41,683 nucleotides of DNA from Candidatus Latescibacterota bacterium (GTDB lineage: Bacteria > Latescibacterota > UBA2968). The notes beneath the pieces were generated by a model. The model saw only the letters and a list, made by a program, of their open reading frames with translations, was not told the DNA's origin and did not search any database. Positions 18,284-27,159 of the stretch are shown here, one piece after another (position 1 is the first letter of the stretch; each line of letters starts with the position of its first letter). Made by a program: the position numbers and the translations under genes. Location of the stretch: the NCBI GenBank assembly GCA_038279365.1, contig JAYODI010000053.1, forward strand, positions 1 to 41,683. Reading direction: 5' to 3'.

Positions 18284-20110
18284 ATGTCTGAAACACAACC
18301 GAATATTCGAAATATTGCAATTATTGCGCACGTTGACCATGGTAAAACAACATTGGTGGATGGGATGTTGAGGCAAACGAAGGTGTTTGGCGACCATCAG
18401 GAAGTGCAAGAGCGCGTTTTGGATTCTAATGATTTGGAACGGGAACGCGGTATTACTATTTTGGCCAAAAACACGGGCATTGAATATGATGGGGTGACGA
18501 TTAACATTGTAGATACACCCGGACATGCCGACTTTGGGTCGGAAGTAGAACGCATTTTGAATATGGTAGATGGTGTGTTGTTGCTTGTCGATGCGGTAGA
18601 AGGCCCAATGCCTCAAACACGGTTTGTTTTGCGACACGCACTTAAACAAGGGTTGAAGCCCATTGTGGTGGTGAATAAGATTGATCGCCCGGCATCGCGT
18701 TTGGATGCGGTTGTCAATGAGACGTTTGACTTGTTTATCGACTTGGGAGCCACAGATGAGCAGGCCGATTTTGCTGTGGTGTATGCCATTGCCATTGAAG
18801 GTCGCGCCGGTTTGGATCCCAACAATATGCAAGATGATTTGCGTCCTTTGTTTGATACGATTATCAAAATGATTCCACCACCCGATGTGGATGTGAATGG
18901 CCCCCCGCAGTTGTTGGTGACCACATTGGAATACAGCAGTTATGTGGGAAAGATCGCGGTAGGGCGGTTAAGAAGTGGCTCGCTTAAAACAGGGCAAACA
19001 GTGGCACATTGTCGGGCTGATGGTGAAATTGTGCGTGCCAAAATTGGTGAAGTGTATACGTTTAGAGATTTGAAGCGCAATGCCCAACCCTCCGTTCATG
19101 CGGGCAATATTGTAGCGGTGTCGGGCATTTTGGATGTGGGCATTGGCGATACCATTACCGATATCAATGATCCACGCCCATTGCCACCTATTCGGGTGGA
19201 AGAACCCACTGTTCGGATGACGTTTTCTGTAAATGACAGCCCATTTTCGGGTCGGTCGGGCAAATTTATGACGAGCCGGCAATTGCGTGCCCGTTTTGAT
19301 CGGGAGTTGGAAAGCAATGTGGCTTTGCGTGTTGAAGATACGGATCGTGCAAGTGACTTTTTGGTGTCTGGACGCGGTGAATTGCACTTGGCTATTTTGA
19401 TTGAGACCATGCGTCGTGAAGGGTATGAGTTTGCTGTAAGTCAGCCAGAAGTGATTTTTCGCGAGAGTGAAAACGGCTTAGAAGAGCCGATTGAAGAGGT
19501 GTTTTTAGAAATTCCAAGTGAATCACTCGGTGCCATTAGTGAGATGATGGGCAAGCGCAAAGCACGGCTACAAGAGACGCGGTATGGTGAAGATGGTACC
19601 GTTTACAATACATATTTGGTACCCACGCGTGGGATGCTCGGTTTTCGCCAACCCTTTTTAACTTCTACGCGGGGTACGGGTGTTTTTCATTCCTTGTTTC
19701 ATTCTTATGAAAAATATCAAGGCGAAATTGATGCCCAGCCCCACGGGTCTTTGATTTCTTTAGAAACTGGGCCTGTAAGCACATATGCGTTGCAATCTTT
19801 GGAACAACGGGGAACGTTTTTCCTAAAACCAGGCGATGAAGCCTATGCCGGGCAAGTGGTGGGGCAGCATATTCGCGATGACGATTTGGTGGTGAATGTG
19901 TGTAAGGTCAAGCATGTGACCAACCACAGATCGAGCACCAAAGAAGTTTTGGAAACCATGCGTGCGCCTCGCAATTTGTCGCTTGATGATGCGATTGATT
20001 ATTTGGGCGCTGATGAGTTGTTGGAAGTGACACCTGCGGCTTTGCGTTTGCGAAAGCGAATTTTGAATCACAACAATCGCGAAAAGGCAGAAAAGAACAA
20101 CAAACGCTAA
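18284..20110 (+). CDS. typA: Translational GTPase TypA/BipA
   Basis: [48 protein letters not shown]. Confidence 0.97.
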   Translation: MSETQPNIRNIAIIAHVDHGKTTLVDGMLRQTKVFGDHQEVQERVLDSNDLERERGITILAKNTGIEYDGVTINIVDTPGHADFGSEVERILNMVDGVLLLVDAVEGPMPQTRFVLRHALKQGLKPIVVVNKIDRPASRLDAVVNETFDLFIDLGATDEQADFAVVYAIAIEGRAGLDPNNMQDDLRPLFDTIIKMIPPPDVDVNGPPQLLVTTLEYSSYVGKIAVGRLRSGSLKTGQTVAHCRADGEIVRAKIGEVYTFRDLKRNAQPSVHAGNIVAVSGILDVGIGDTITDINDPRPLPPIRVEEPTVRMTFSVNDSPFSGRSGKFMTSRQLRARFDRELESNVALRVEDTDRASDFLVSGRGELHLAILIETMRREGYEFAVSQPEVIFRESENGLEEPIEEVFLEIPSESLGAISEMMGKRKARLQETRYGEDGTVYNTYLVPTRGMLGFRQPFLTSTRGTGVFHSLFHSYEKYQGEIDAQPHGSLISLETGPVSTYALQSLEQRGTFFLKPGDEAYAGQVVGQHIRDDDLVVNVCKVKHVTNHRSSTKEVLETMRAPRNLSLDDAIDYLGADELLEVTPAALRLRKRILNHNNREKAEKNNKR

Positions 20111-20131
20111 GTGTGGCAGGTGATCGTAATT

Positions 20132-20165
20132 AAAAAAAGCGCGGGCTATTACTCGCGCTTTTTTT
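20132..20165. terminator. Bidirectional intrinsic terminator
   Basis: A7-GCGCGGG-CTATTA-CTCGCGC-T7. Confidence 0.85.
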
Positions 20166-20226
20166 AATTAAAAATGTTTTTTGTAAGCCATGTTTATTTC
20201 TTTGAAAAATTATATGGGTTTGTGCA

Positions 20227-20721
20227 TTAAGGAGATGTGTGATACATGCTTGGAATGTGGTGTTTGAGGTTTTCTATCGGTAAAGTTTTCCAGTGTTCTG
20301 GGCGATGTAGTGCGCCCCAAATACCGCCCAAAGTTCCTCCAACGATGCCTCCGCCCAAAATAGAAAGCAGTGCTTTGTTGCCGCTGCGGTTGTCCCAATC
20401 ATCCCAGTTTTCAATGAGACCTGCAGAGACAAGTCCACCTACCAACAAGGCACCTTTCCAGGCTTTGGATGTGATACGCTGGCCAATGGGTTGTACGCCT
20501 AAGCTGAGTTCGAGCTTGGATATGGTGTTGATGGGTATGTGTGTGCGTGGGGTGATGAAAAGTGTATCGGCCTTGATGCGCATAATTTGTCCTGTAACGG
20601 GATTAGAAAAAACAGTTGGCGCAGTTATTCGAACGCGGCTGTCTGTGGATAGGGGGGGAATATCTTCTGCAAAGGTTTGCCAAGGCAGAATGAGTAAGGA
20701 TATAAGGGAGAAGAGTTTCAT
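20227..20721 (-). CDS. Hypothetical exported/membrane protein with glycine-zipper-like helices
   Basis: Signal peptide ending TFA-E, RVRIT...G...DTL small beta domain, GGGIVGGTLGGIWG. Confidence 0.7.
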   Translation of the reverse strand: MKLFSLISLLILPWQTFAEDIPPLSTDSRVRITAPTVFSNPVTGQIMRIKADTLFITPRTHIPINTISKLELSLGVQPIGQRITSKAWKGALLVGGLVSAGLIENWDDWDNRSGNKALLSILGGGIVGGTLGGIWGALHRPEHWKTLPIENLKHHIPSMYHTSP

Positions 20722-20888
20722 TGGCCAGTTCCCGATTGAGCTTGCAAGTTATGGGTTAAATTTGAAAACTTTGTTTTTGCATTTGACCTGATTAATTGCA
20801 AGTTATATGCCAATGTATGGATGGCGTTTTTATAGGATTTTGAGGGCTTTACAGCGATTTTGATGTGGTGCGTATGACACAGGTGGGC

Positions 20889-20936
20889 AAAAAAACAACA
20901 ATCCCCGTTGAGGCGGTTGCTCAACGGGGATTGTTT
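20889..20936 (-). terminator. Intrinsic terminator of the CBS gene
   Basis: AACAATCCCCGTTGAG...CTCAACGGGGATTGTT with A-tract on the left. Confidence 0.8.
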
Positions 20937-20971
20937 GTGTGTTCATCTTGGGGTGCGTTCAAAATGTCTCC

Positions 20972-21412
20972 TTAGGATGCGTGCCAACTGAGTGCAACAT
21001 ACTCTTGGTATTGTGAGACTTGTTCTTCGGTATGTTGAAGTTTGGCTTTTACAAGGTCACCAATTGAAATAATGCCTAAGAGTTGGTCATTTTCGACAAC
21101 TGGCATATGCCTAAAACGGCCTTCTGTCATTTCAGTCATGACGTATTCGATATCTTGATTTGGGGTACCCATCACGATATTGCGGGTCATTATGCTGTCT
21201 ACACGTGTTTTTTGTAAGTTTTTGCCTTGATACACGGCTCGCATAATGTCGCGTTCGGTAATGATGCCTGCCAATTGCCCCTGTTCACCGCGAATAAGCA
21301 AGGCACCAACTTTATTTTCTACAAGTGCAGATAAGGCCACGGACAGAGTATGTTGTGGGGCAATGGTAATGACGCGGCTGCCTTTGCTGTCTAATATATC
21401 TTGTATGGTCAT
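20972..21412 (-). CDS. Stand-alone CBS-pair (Bateman) domain protein
   Basis: VGALL, GIITERD, IMT, RFRHMPVV, GIISIGDLVK; AGGAG SD before ATG 21412. Confidence 0.92.
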   Translation of the reverse strand: MTIQDILDSKGSRVITIAPQHTLSVALSALVENKVGALLIRGEQGQLAGIITERDIMRAVYQGKNLQKTRVDSIMTRNIVMGTPNQDIEYVMTEMTEGRFRHMPVVENDQLLGIISIGDLVKAKLQHTEEQVSQYQEYVALSWHAS

Positions 21413-21450
21413 AGATAAGCTCCTGTTGGGGACAGGATTGTTGGAGACAA

Positions 21451-21493
21451 ATAAAAATATGTGCGGCTCCACCAGTCGTGCTGATGGAGCCGC
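21451..21493 (-). promoter_or_regulatory. Attenuator/terminator-like hairpin in the CBS gene leader
   Basis: Minus strand GCGGCTCCATCAG-CACGA-CTGGTGGAGCCGC then ACATATTTTTAT; its first base is the last base of the MPPGCL stop codon. Confidence 0.6.
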
Positions 21494-21513
21494 TATAAAC
21501 AGCCAGGTGGCAT
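21493..21513 (-). CDS. Candidate leader peptide MPPGCL
   Basis: GAGGAGG-CGACT-ATG CCA CCT GGC TGT TTA TAG. Confidence 0.55.
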   Translation of the reverse strand: MPPGCL

Positions 21514-21704
21514 AGTCGCCTCCTCTTGTGTGCAGCTATTTACCATAAATCTGTTTAGGAAACCTGCGCCTTGATGATACGATGATAACAAATGTTTGGG
21601 GTTTGATGATAACCCATTTTGATTTCGTAACTCAGGTGCGTCATTTTAGATTTTGGATGCTGCGTGTATGTTTACCGAGCCTTTGACGTGTTACTATAAC
21701 GGTA

Positions 21705-21725
21705 CTACGTGTCGGGACGCGGCAA
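21705..21725 (-). CDS. Candidate minigene MPRPDT
   Basis: AAAAGGAG-AGACACA-TTG CCG CGT CCC GAC ACG TAG. Confidence 0.55.
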   Translation of the reverse strand: MPRPDT

Positions 21726-21774
21726 TGTGTCTCTCCTTTTAAGAGGTGTTCTTTGATTGTCAAAATACAGGTCT

Positions 21775-21798
21775 TTAAGTGTCAGGACGTGTTGGCAC
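21775..21798 (-). CDS. Candidate minigene MPTRPDT
   Basis: AAGGGAGG-CCTC-GTG CCA ACA CGT CCT GAC ACT TAA. Confidence 0.6.
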   Translation of the reverse strand: MPTRPDT

Positions 21799-21908
21799 GA
21801 GGCCTCCCTTCTTACACCAGATTTACTGTATTGCAACAAGCGTTGTTCTTATATCACCTAAAAAACCTTTTTTTACGTCACTTACTTTGACTGTCTCAGT
21901 AGACCGCT

Positions 21909-21932
21909 TTAAGTATCAGGACGTGGCGACAT
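21909..21932 (-). CDS. Candidate minigene MSPRPDT
   Basis: AAGGGAGG-CCCGTTCT-ATG TCG CCA CGT CCT GAT ACT TAA. Confidence 0.65.
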   Translation of the reverse strand: MSPRPDT

Positions 21933-22012
21933 AGAACGGGCCTCCCTTCGTTATTTTGGATGGACTGCGTTGTTTCAAACAGGCTTTAATGATCACCTGC
22001 TCTATGAAACCA

Positions 22013-22040
22013 AATATAAGCACTTCAAAAATTTAGTCAA
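22013..22040 (-). promoter_or_regulatory. Sigma70-like promoter for the minigene/CBS transcript
   Basis: Minus strand TTGACT-N16-TATATT with AT-rich upstream DNA. Confidence 0.5.
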
Positions 22041-22268
22041 GGGGTGTTAATTTGTTATATTATTATTGCTAATGAAAAACTCTTTGAGATTTTAAATTCT
22101 ATTTGAGTTCGTTTTTGCTGTTTGATGGCTAAGTGAGGCACAATCAAGTATTTCTGCAAAGATTTTATGTGGTCTTATTTTTTTTGGGGGGGGATAGAAA
22201 TTTTTTTAAAAATATTTTTTATGGGTGTTGTTGCGTAGATTATTTTTGCGATTTTGAGGAATAGACAT

Positions 22269-22300
22269 AAAAAATGCCCCGAAAGTAATTTCGGGGCATT
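22269..22300 (-). terminator. Intrinsic terminator of the metalloprotease gene
   Basis: AATGCCCCGAAA-GTAA-TTTCGGGGCATT with A-tract on the left. Confidence 0.85.
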
Positions 22301-22318
22301 GGCGTGACCATTTTTTGA

Positions 22319-24889
22319 TTAGTTGTTATCTGTGGCTTGTTCGATGAGGTGTAAAACGTAACCGGTGTGGGCTTGGGTGCTCGCATCGGTTGTTTTTTTG
22401 TCTTTGAGTAGGGTTTGGATGTTTTTAAGTGTGTAGAGTGCCACTGCGTGCGATGGGTAACCGTAGTTGTTGTCTGGGGTGAGTATTTTGGACAGGCGTT
22501 GCACATATTCAACTTGAAGGTTTTGCCGAAATGAATTGACGGAGCTTTCTGCATCGGCTTTGAAGATGGCGTTGGTGAGGTCTGCCATCATATTGGGTAG
22601 GGTATATTCATTGCCATAAAGGGCCGAATCGACAATGCGTGTTTGTACACGGTGATGTAACAAGTAGCTGAGTATGGATGTTTGGATGTTGAGAATGCGG
22701 TCGTGAATTTTGGGGTCGTCGGTGTTGGAGAAACCTCTGCGCTGTTGTTGCAAGTGGTTGTAAAGGCCATTGGGTGTGTCGTAGGCGCGGGGTGCAAATA
22801 TGTATTTGGAGAGCGCATCCATCGCGCGTTTTTGATCGGATAGGGCTACGGGTATAAGGGGTTGGGTGGCACCGGCTTGTCCGATTACGGCGCGGTCGAC
22901 ATAAACGCCGCCGATATAACGTGAAATGATGGTGCCTGCAATCATTTGCTGGCCTGTGAGAATGAGGTATGCATCTTGGAGTTCTTGATAGGTGTTGCCT
23001 TGGGTGTTGTATTTGTCTTGCACTTGGTTCATGACGGTGTTGACCAATTCAAAGCGTTCAACGGCTTGCCCAATGGCATCATCACTGAGGTCATAAAGCA
23101 TGACGCGCGGATCAATACCACGGTTGGGTGAGCGCATGTCGTCGGCATCGTTGCCAAACATTAGTTCGGGTTCTGTGGAGCGAGATAGAATTTTTTCGAG
23201 GTGTTCTTGTTCGGCTTTTTCATTTTTCGCTGTTGATGAATATCCAAATTCTATGGCCCACAAATCGTAGGGACCAGGGCGTGTGGTATAGTATTCACCT
23301 TGTTTTTGTGTGGGCAATGCAAAGTTGATAGCGGGGTAATCCATGACTGATCCGGTTAGCCCCATTTTTTTTGTGCGAGATTTGTCATGAATGTTTGCCA
23401 AGCTTTGCATTTGGCTGGCTTTCATATTGTGGTTAAGACCCAGCGTGTGACCTATTTCATGTAAGATGAGGTAATGGAGACTGTCTTTGAGCAGGTCATC
23501 AACACTCAGTTTGGATGCACCGGATACGCGCAAAGCTTGTGCGCCAAACAGGTTGGATTCTTGAAGGGTGTATCCAAGTGAACAGATTAAAGGATCTTGT
23601 GTTTCAAATGGCTCTTGCAAATGAAGTGCTGCAGTTTTAAAGAGGTGGCCTTGGTCTAAACGGCTGGTGAGAAAGGCAAATTCGAGCATGACATCGGCAC
23701 CAATAATTTCGCCGGTGCGGGGGTTGACAAAGCTGGGGCCATAGCCACCAAATGGGGGTTGTGGCGATGAGGTCCAGCGCAAGACGTTGTAGCGAATGTC
23801 ACCGGCATCCCAATCGGCATCATCGGGTTGTTCTTTGACTTCGACGGCGTTTTTGAACCCTGCGGCTTCAAATGCAATATTCCAGTTGAGGGCCGCTTTT
23901 TTGATGGTGGGGCGCAGTTCTTTTGGGGTGGTGTTTTCGATCCACCACGTAATGGGTTTTACGGGTTCGGATAATTTGGCATTGGGATCTTTTTTCTTTA
24001 AATGCCAGCGATGAATGAGATCGCGATAAGGTGTGGCGCTTGTGGATGTGAGGTCGGTGACACGGGTGGTAAAATAACCAATGCGGGGGTCGTCAAAACG
24101 AGGCTGGTAGTCGTTTTTGGGCATTTCGATGAGGGTGTGGCGCATGGTAATGGTGACATTGCGTGCATCTGTAATGCCTGCACCACCACCTTTGGGTGTG
24201 GGGTTTTCATAGGTATATGCAATGACCAAGTCGGTATTTTGTGGATAGTTTTTAATGGAGCGTGTTTTGGTTTTTTCTTTGCTGAGTTTGCCCAGCGTAA
24301 ATCCTTTTTCACCTTGTGTGTGGTTGATGCGGTGTAAGGTTTCGGAAAAGAAGATGTCGTTTGCTTTGATGAGGTAGGCGTGTGTGGAATCGTCATAGAC
24401 TTCTATTTTTTCTGAGGCGAGAATAGATGGGCTGATGTTTGCGTGGGCGGCTTTGCTAAGGGCGTTTTGTGGGTCAAAATAATACGATGTATTTTCTGAA
24501 ACGATTTCGATGCGGTTAAAATGTTTTTGAATGGAGAAGACGCGGTTGTCTCTAAAGTTGCCTCGAAAATGGCCTGCGGCTAAGACCCCATCCAATGTTT
24601 GAGTGAAGTAGATGTATTCTTTGCCAATTTGATTTTCTTTGATGAGCAGTTGCAGGTCACCTGTTGTGGTGTCTTGATAAACGGTGAACAGGCCTTTAAA
24701 GGCGTGGCTGGATTCTGTTAGATCTGCAAGAGTTTTCTTTTTGTCTTTTTTATCTTCTTTTTTTTCAACTTTGGCCGAATCGGGTTTGGTTGTGGTGAGT
24801 GTGTCGGATGATGTGGGTGTGGGCTGTTTGTCTTGTGCATCAAGCGGGAGTGTGAGACTTAAGAGTAATATGAAAATAAGTTGTGACAT
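22319..24889 (-). CDS. Exported zinc-dependent metalloprotease (EcxA-like, DUF5117/DUF4953 type)
   Basis: HEIGHTLGLNHN, Met-turn SVMDY, PRFDDPRIGYF, VNPRTGEII; AGGAG SD and signal peptide. Confidence 0.9.
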   Translation of the reverse strand: MSQLIFILLLSLTLPLDAQDKQPTPTSSDTLTTTKPDSAKVEKKEDKKDKKKTLADLTESSHAFKGLFTVYQDTTTGDLQLLIKENQIGKEYIYFTQTLDGVLAAGHFRGNFRDNRVFSIQKHFNRIEIVSENTSYYFDPQNALSKAAHANISPSILASEKIEVYDDSTHAYLIKANDIFFSETLHRINHTQGEKGFTLGKLSKEKTKTRSIKNYPQNTDLVIAYTYENPTPKGGGAGITDARNVTITMRHTLIEMPKNDYQPRFDDPRIGYFTTRVTDLTSTSATPYRDLIHRWHLKKKDPNAKLSEPVKPITWWIENTTPKELRPTIKKAALNWNIAFEAAGFKNAVEVKEQPDDADWDAGDIRYNVLRWTSSPQPPFGGYGPSFVNPRTGEIIGADVMLEFAFLTSRLDQGHLFKTAALHLQEPFETQDPLICSLGYTLQESNLFGAQALRVSGASKLSVDDLLKDSLHYLILHEIGHTLGLNHNMKASQMQSLANIHDKSRTKKMGLTGSVMDYPAINFALPTQKQGEYYTTRPGPYDLWAIEFGYSSTAKNEKAEQEHLEKILSRSTEPELMFGNDADDMRSPNRGIDPRVMLYDLSDDAIGQAVERFELVNTVMNQVQDKYNTQGNTYQELQDAYLILTGQQMIAGTIISRYIGGVYVDRAVIGQAGATQPLIPVALSDQKRAMDALSKYIFAPRAYDTPNGLYNHLQQQRRGFSNTDDPKIHDRILNIQTSILSYLLHHRVQTRIVDSALYGNEYTLPNMMADLTNAIFKADAESSVNSFRQNLQVEYVQRLSKILTPDNNYGYPSHAVALYTLKNIQTLLKDKKTTDASTQAHTGYVLHLIEQATDNN

Positions 24890-25023
24890 GCCGATGCTCC
24901 TACATAGAGAATTGACCTGGGTAATCAAGAAAATGCCTATGGTTCTTGTTGGATTATACGTTTTTATTGCGGATGCTTTGATGCGTTGTCTTAGCGTTTT
25001 AGCGGGTAATTAATAGATGCGTT

Positions 25024-27048
25024 TTATCCCAATTCAATTTTGCAGGTACCTTGTGGTACCGTAACACGAATGCCGTTTAGGACAGATTCGGTGACAAATT
25101 TTTCTCCGTCGATGGTAACTTGTGTGACGTTGGGGTGATGAAAGGTGATGTTTGTACCTGGAGAAACAACATGCCCTGTTTTGCCACGCATAAAGAGGGT
25201 AATGGGTTCGTTGGCGGTGAAGCCGATATTGCCATCTTGAAAGTGTGTGCTTTGTTTGGCAAAGTAGAATTCATGTTGTTGGTCTATTTGGCGTAAAATG
25301 CTGTTGTGTGTGGCGGTGTCAGTGATGTTTGGATGGTGCTGAATGGTGACGCCATTATCTGTGCGTGTCATGGTGGCTTTGTGATGAGACGCGTTGTGTG
25401 GGAAGAGCACGGTGATGATGGGTACACTTTGATAGGTGGCGTATAAATATTTGCCCACAAAACATTTACCCCAGCCTGCAAAAACACCGTCTTTGAGTTC
25501 TACTGATTGGGGTTTTGTGGCTAAGTAGAGTGTGAGGAACGTGTCGGTTTCTTTGCGCGATTTGACATTCCACGTGTATTCTTCATTGGGGCGGGTGATA
25601 ACCACATTGGCCGATGCGGGGTGAAGTGCGAGGTTAATGGATTGATCGGTAGGTTCGACGTTGTCGATGAGCACGTAATAACCGGGTGCATTGTTTTGTG
25701 GTGGGATAAAGATGAACGCACGTTTGTGTTGGCTGTTGCCTTCAATGGCGCGCTTGGCCAATCCGTTGGCATATTGGATGCCGTCGGTTAAGAGGCCTTC
25801 AATGAGGCCATCGCTGCCTTTTTCGAGGTGGTTTTGACCGTTTATGAGGAGGGTGTTACTCGATTCTGCGGTGTCGTTGATGTATGTCCACGGAAAGTCT
25901 TTGGATGCATTGCCATATCCATTGTAACCCGAATTGAGCAAGAGGTGTTCGCCATACCCTGCAAGATAAATGGCATTGGCATCTTTATGCCCATGACTGG
26001 GGGTGGAGACATTCCACAGGGCACCAAAGAGCGCATCTTCGGTGTCGTTTTTTTCATAAAATAGTGCGCCGCCGTCGTTCCAAAGACGGCTTTGAGGGGT
26101 ACGTTTTTTAGGTAAGGGATCGGCAATGCAGTAGGCGAGTAGGTCGCTTGGGTAACGCGGTTGTGCGCTGTCTATGCGGTTGGCGGCATATTCGGCAGCC
26201 AAGGGTGAAAATTTGCCAGCAGCCCATGTGCCTGACTGGGGGTAGAAGGTGTTGAACCCGCGCCCGTGTCCAGAGTCGCCAAAGGTGACAAAGGTGTTGA
26301 AGGGCGTACACCCTGCCGAGAAGAGCCATTCGTAATACCATTTGAGGCGAAAGTCTTTGTAGAACGATTTGTCTAAACCTGTGTATTCGGCTACGTGCAT
26401 AAAACCATATTTGGCAGTGCGTTCGCCGTTGAGCCGTGCGTGTGAATATTCGGGACCGTTGACGCCCACACCGTCGGGTGTCATTTGATCAAAGACGGCA
26501 TCGCGATATTGTTGCATGGCTTCGTCAAGGCGGTCTTCTTCTTTGTATGCGGCCCAAATGGCACGTGGCCCAAAGGTGGCCATGCCCCAACCGCGCATGG
26601 TGACCCAAAACCATTCGACCATTTCTTGAAGCGATGTTTCGTAGCGTGTGCGGTCTGTGTCGGATAGGTCGTCGTGGATAACATCGAGGGCGAGTACGGT
26701 GTTAAAAAAGGCGCTGGATGTGGGCACGGTGGCGTGCCATCGGTTGCCACCAGCATCCCATTTTTCGGCAACCGCTTTTGTGTATGCAGGCCATTGTTCA
26801 AGGATGTGGGTAATGCGTTGGCGGTGGGCATCTTGTTGGTCGGGTTCAATGATATAGAGCAAGGCCGATGATCCCATGATGTCGCGAATGCGTGTGCCTT
26901 GTGCCCAGGTATTGGTGCCGGGTTCGTAGGTGAGGGTTTGAACGACGCGACGCGCTTCTTCGATAAAGTCTTTGTAGGGTGATTGGGATGCGCGTTCTTG
27001 TAACAGGTTGTATTGTGATTTTTGGCAGATGAGAAAGGGATGATTCAT
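25024..27048 (-). CDS. Heparinase II/III-like polysaccharide lyase
   Basis: N-terminal HP.L, DGVGVNGPEYS, FGDS, HGHKDAN, SSNTLLING; no signal peptide. Confidence 0.65.
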   Translation of the reverse strand: MNHPFLICQKSQYNLLQERASQSPYKDFIEEARRVVQTLTYEPGTNTWAQGTRIRDIMGSSALLYIIEPDQQDAHRQRITHILEQWPAYTKAVAEKWDAGGNRWHATVPTSSAFFNTVLALDVIHDDLSDTDRTRYETSLQEMVEWFWVTMRGWGMATFGPRAIWAAYKEEDRLDEAMQQYRDAVFDQMTPDGVGVNGPEYSHARLNGERTAKYGFMHVAEYTGLDKSFYKDFRLKWYYEWLFSAGCTPFNTFVTFGDSGHGRGFNTFYPQSGTWAAGKFSPLAAEYAANRIDSAQPRYPSDLLAYCIADPLPKKRTPQSRLWNDGGALFYEKNDTEDALFGALWNVSTPSHGHKDANAIYLAGYGEHLLLNSGYNGYGNASKDFPWTYINDTAESSNTLLINGQNHLEKGSDGLIEGLLTDGIQYANGLAKRAIEGNSQHKRAFIFIPPQNNAPGYYVLIDNVEPTDQSINLALHPASANVVITRPNEEYTWNVKSRKETDTFLTLYLATKPQSVELKDGVFAGWGKCFVGKYLYATYQSVPIITVLFPHNASHHKATMTRTDNGVTIQHHPNITDTATHNSILRQIDQQHEFYFAKQSTHFQDGNIGFTANEPITLFMRGKTGHVVSPGTNITFHHPNVTQVTIDGEKFVTESVLNGIRVTVPQGTCKIELG

Positions 27049-27102
27049 AAAGACCTCATTTATTATGCAAAATGAAAGGTGACGATTGTCGTTCCATGTT
27101 TT

Positions 27103-27125
27103 GTAGGGGCAGGGTTCTCCTGCCC
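27103..27125 (+). repeat. GTAG-type REP-like palindrome
   Basis: GTAG followed by GGGCAGG-GTTCT-CCTGCCC. Confidence 0.55.
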
Positions 27126-27159
27126 TTGTTGTTACAATATGATTTTTTTGTGCCGTTAT

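Noticed and set aside
21555-21644. 29-aa minus-strand ORF MTHLSYEIK...QVS
   Set aside because: No SD and no similarity to the other minigenes
21705-21950. CRISPR array, or CsrB-like CAGGACG repeats on the + strand
   Set aside because: Units are degenerate and unevenly spaced with no cas genes. The third copy changes AGGA to GGGA while preserving the peptide, and the SDs and promoter point to the minus strand
22178-22193. T8-G8 homopolymer as a phase-variation tract
   Set aside because: Not within a CDS or a recognisable promoter spacer; no evidence of variation from one sequence
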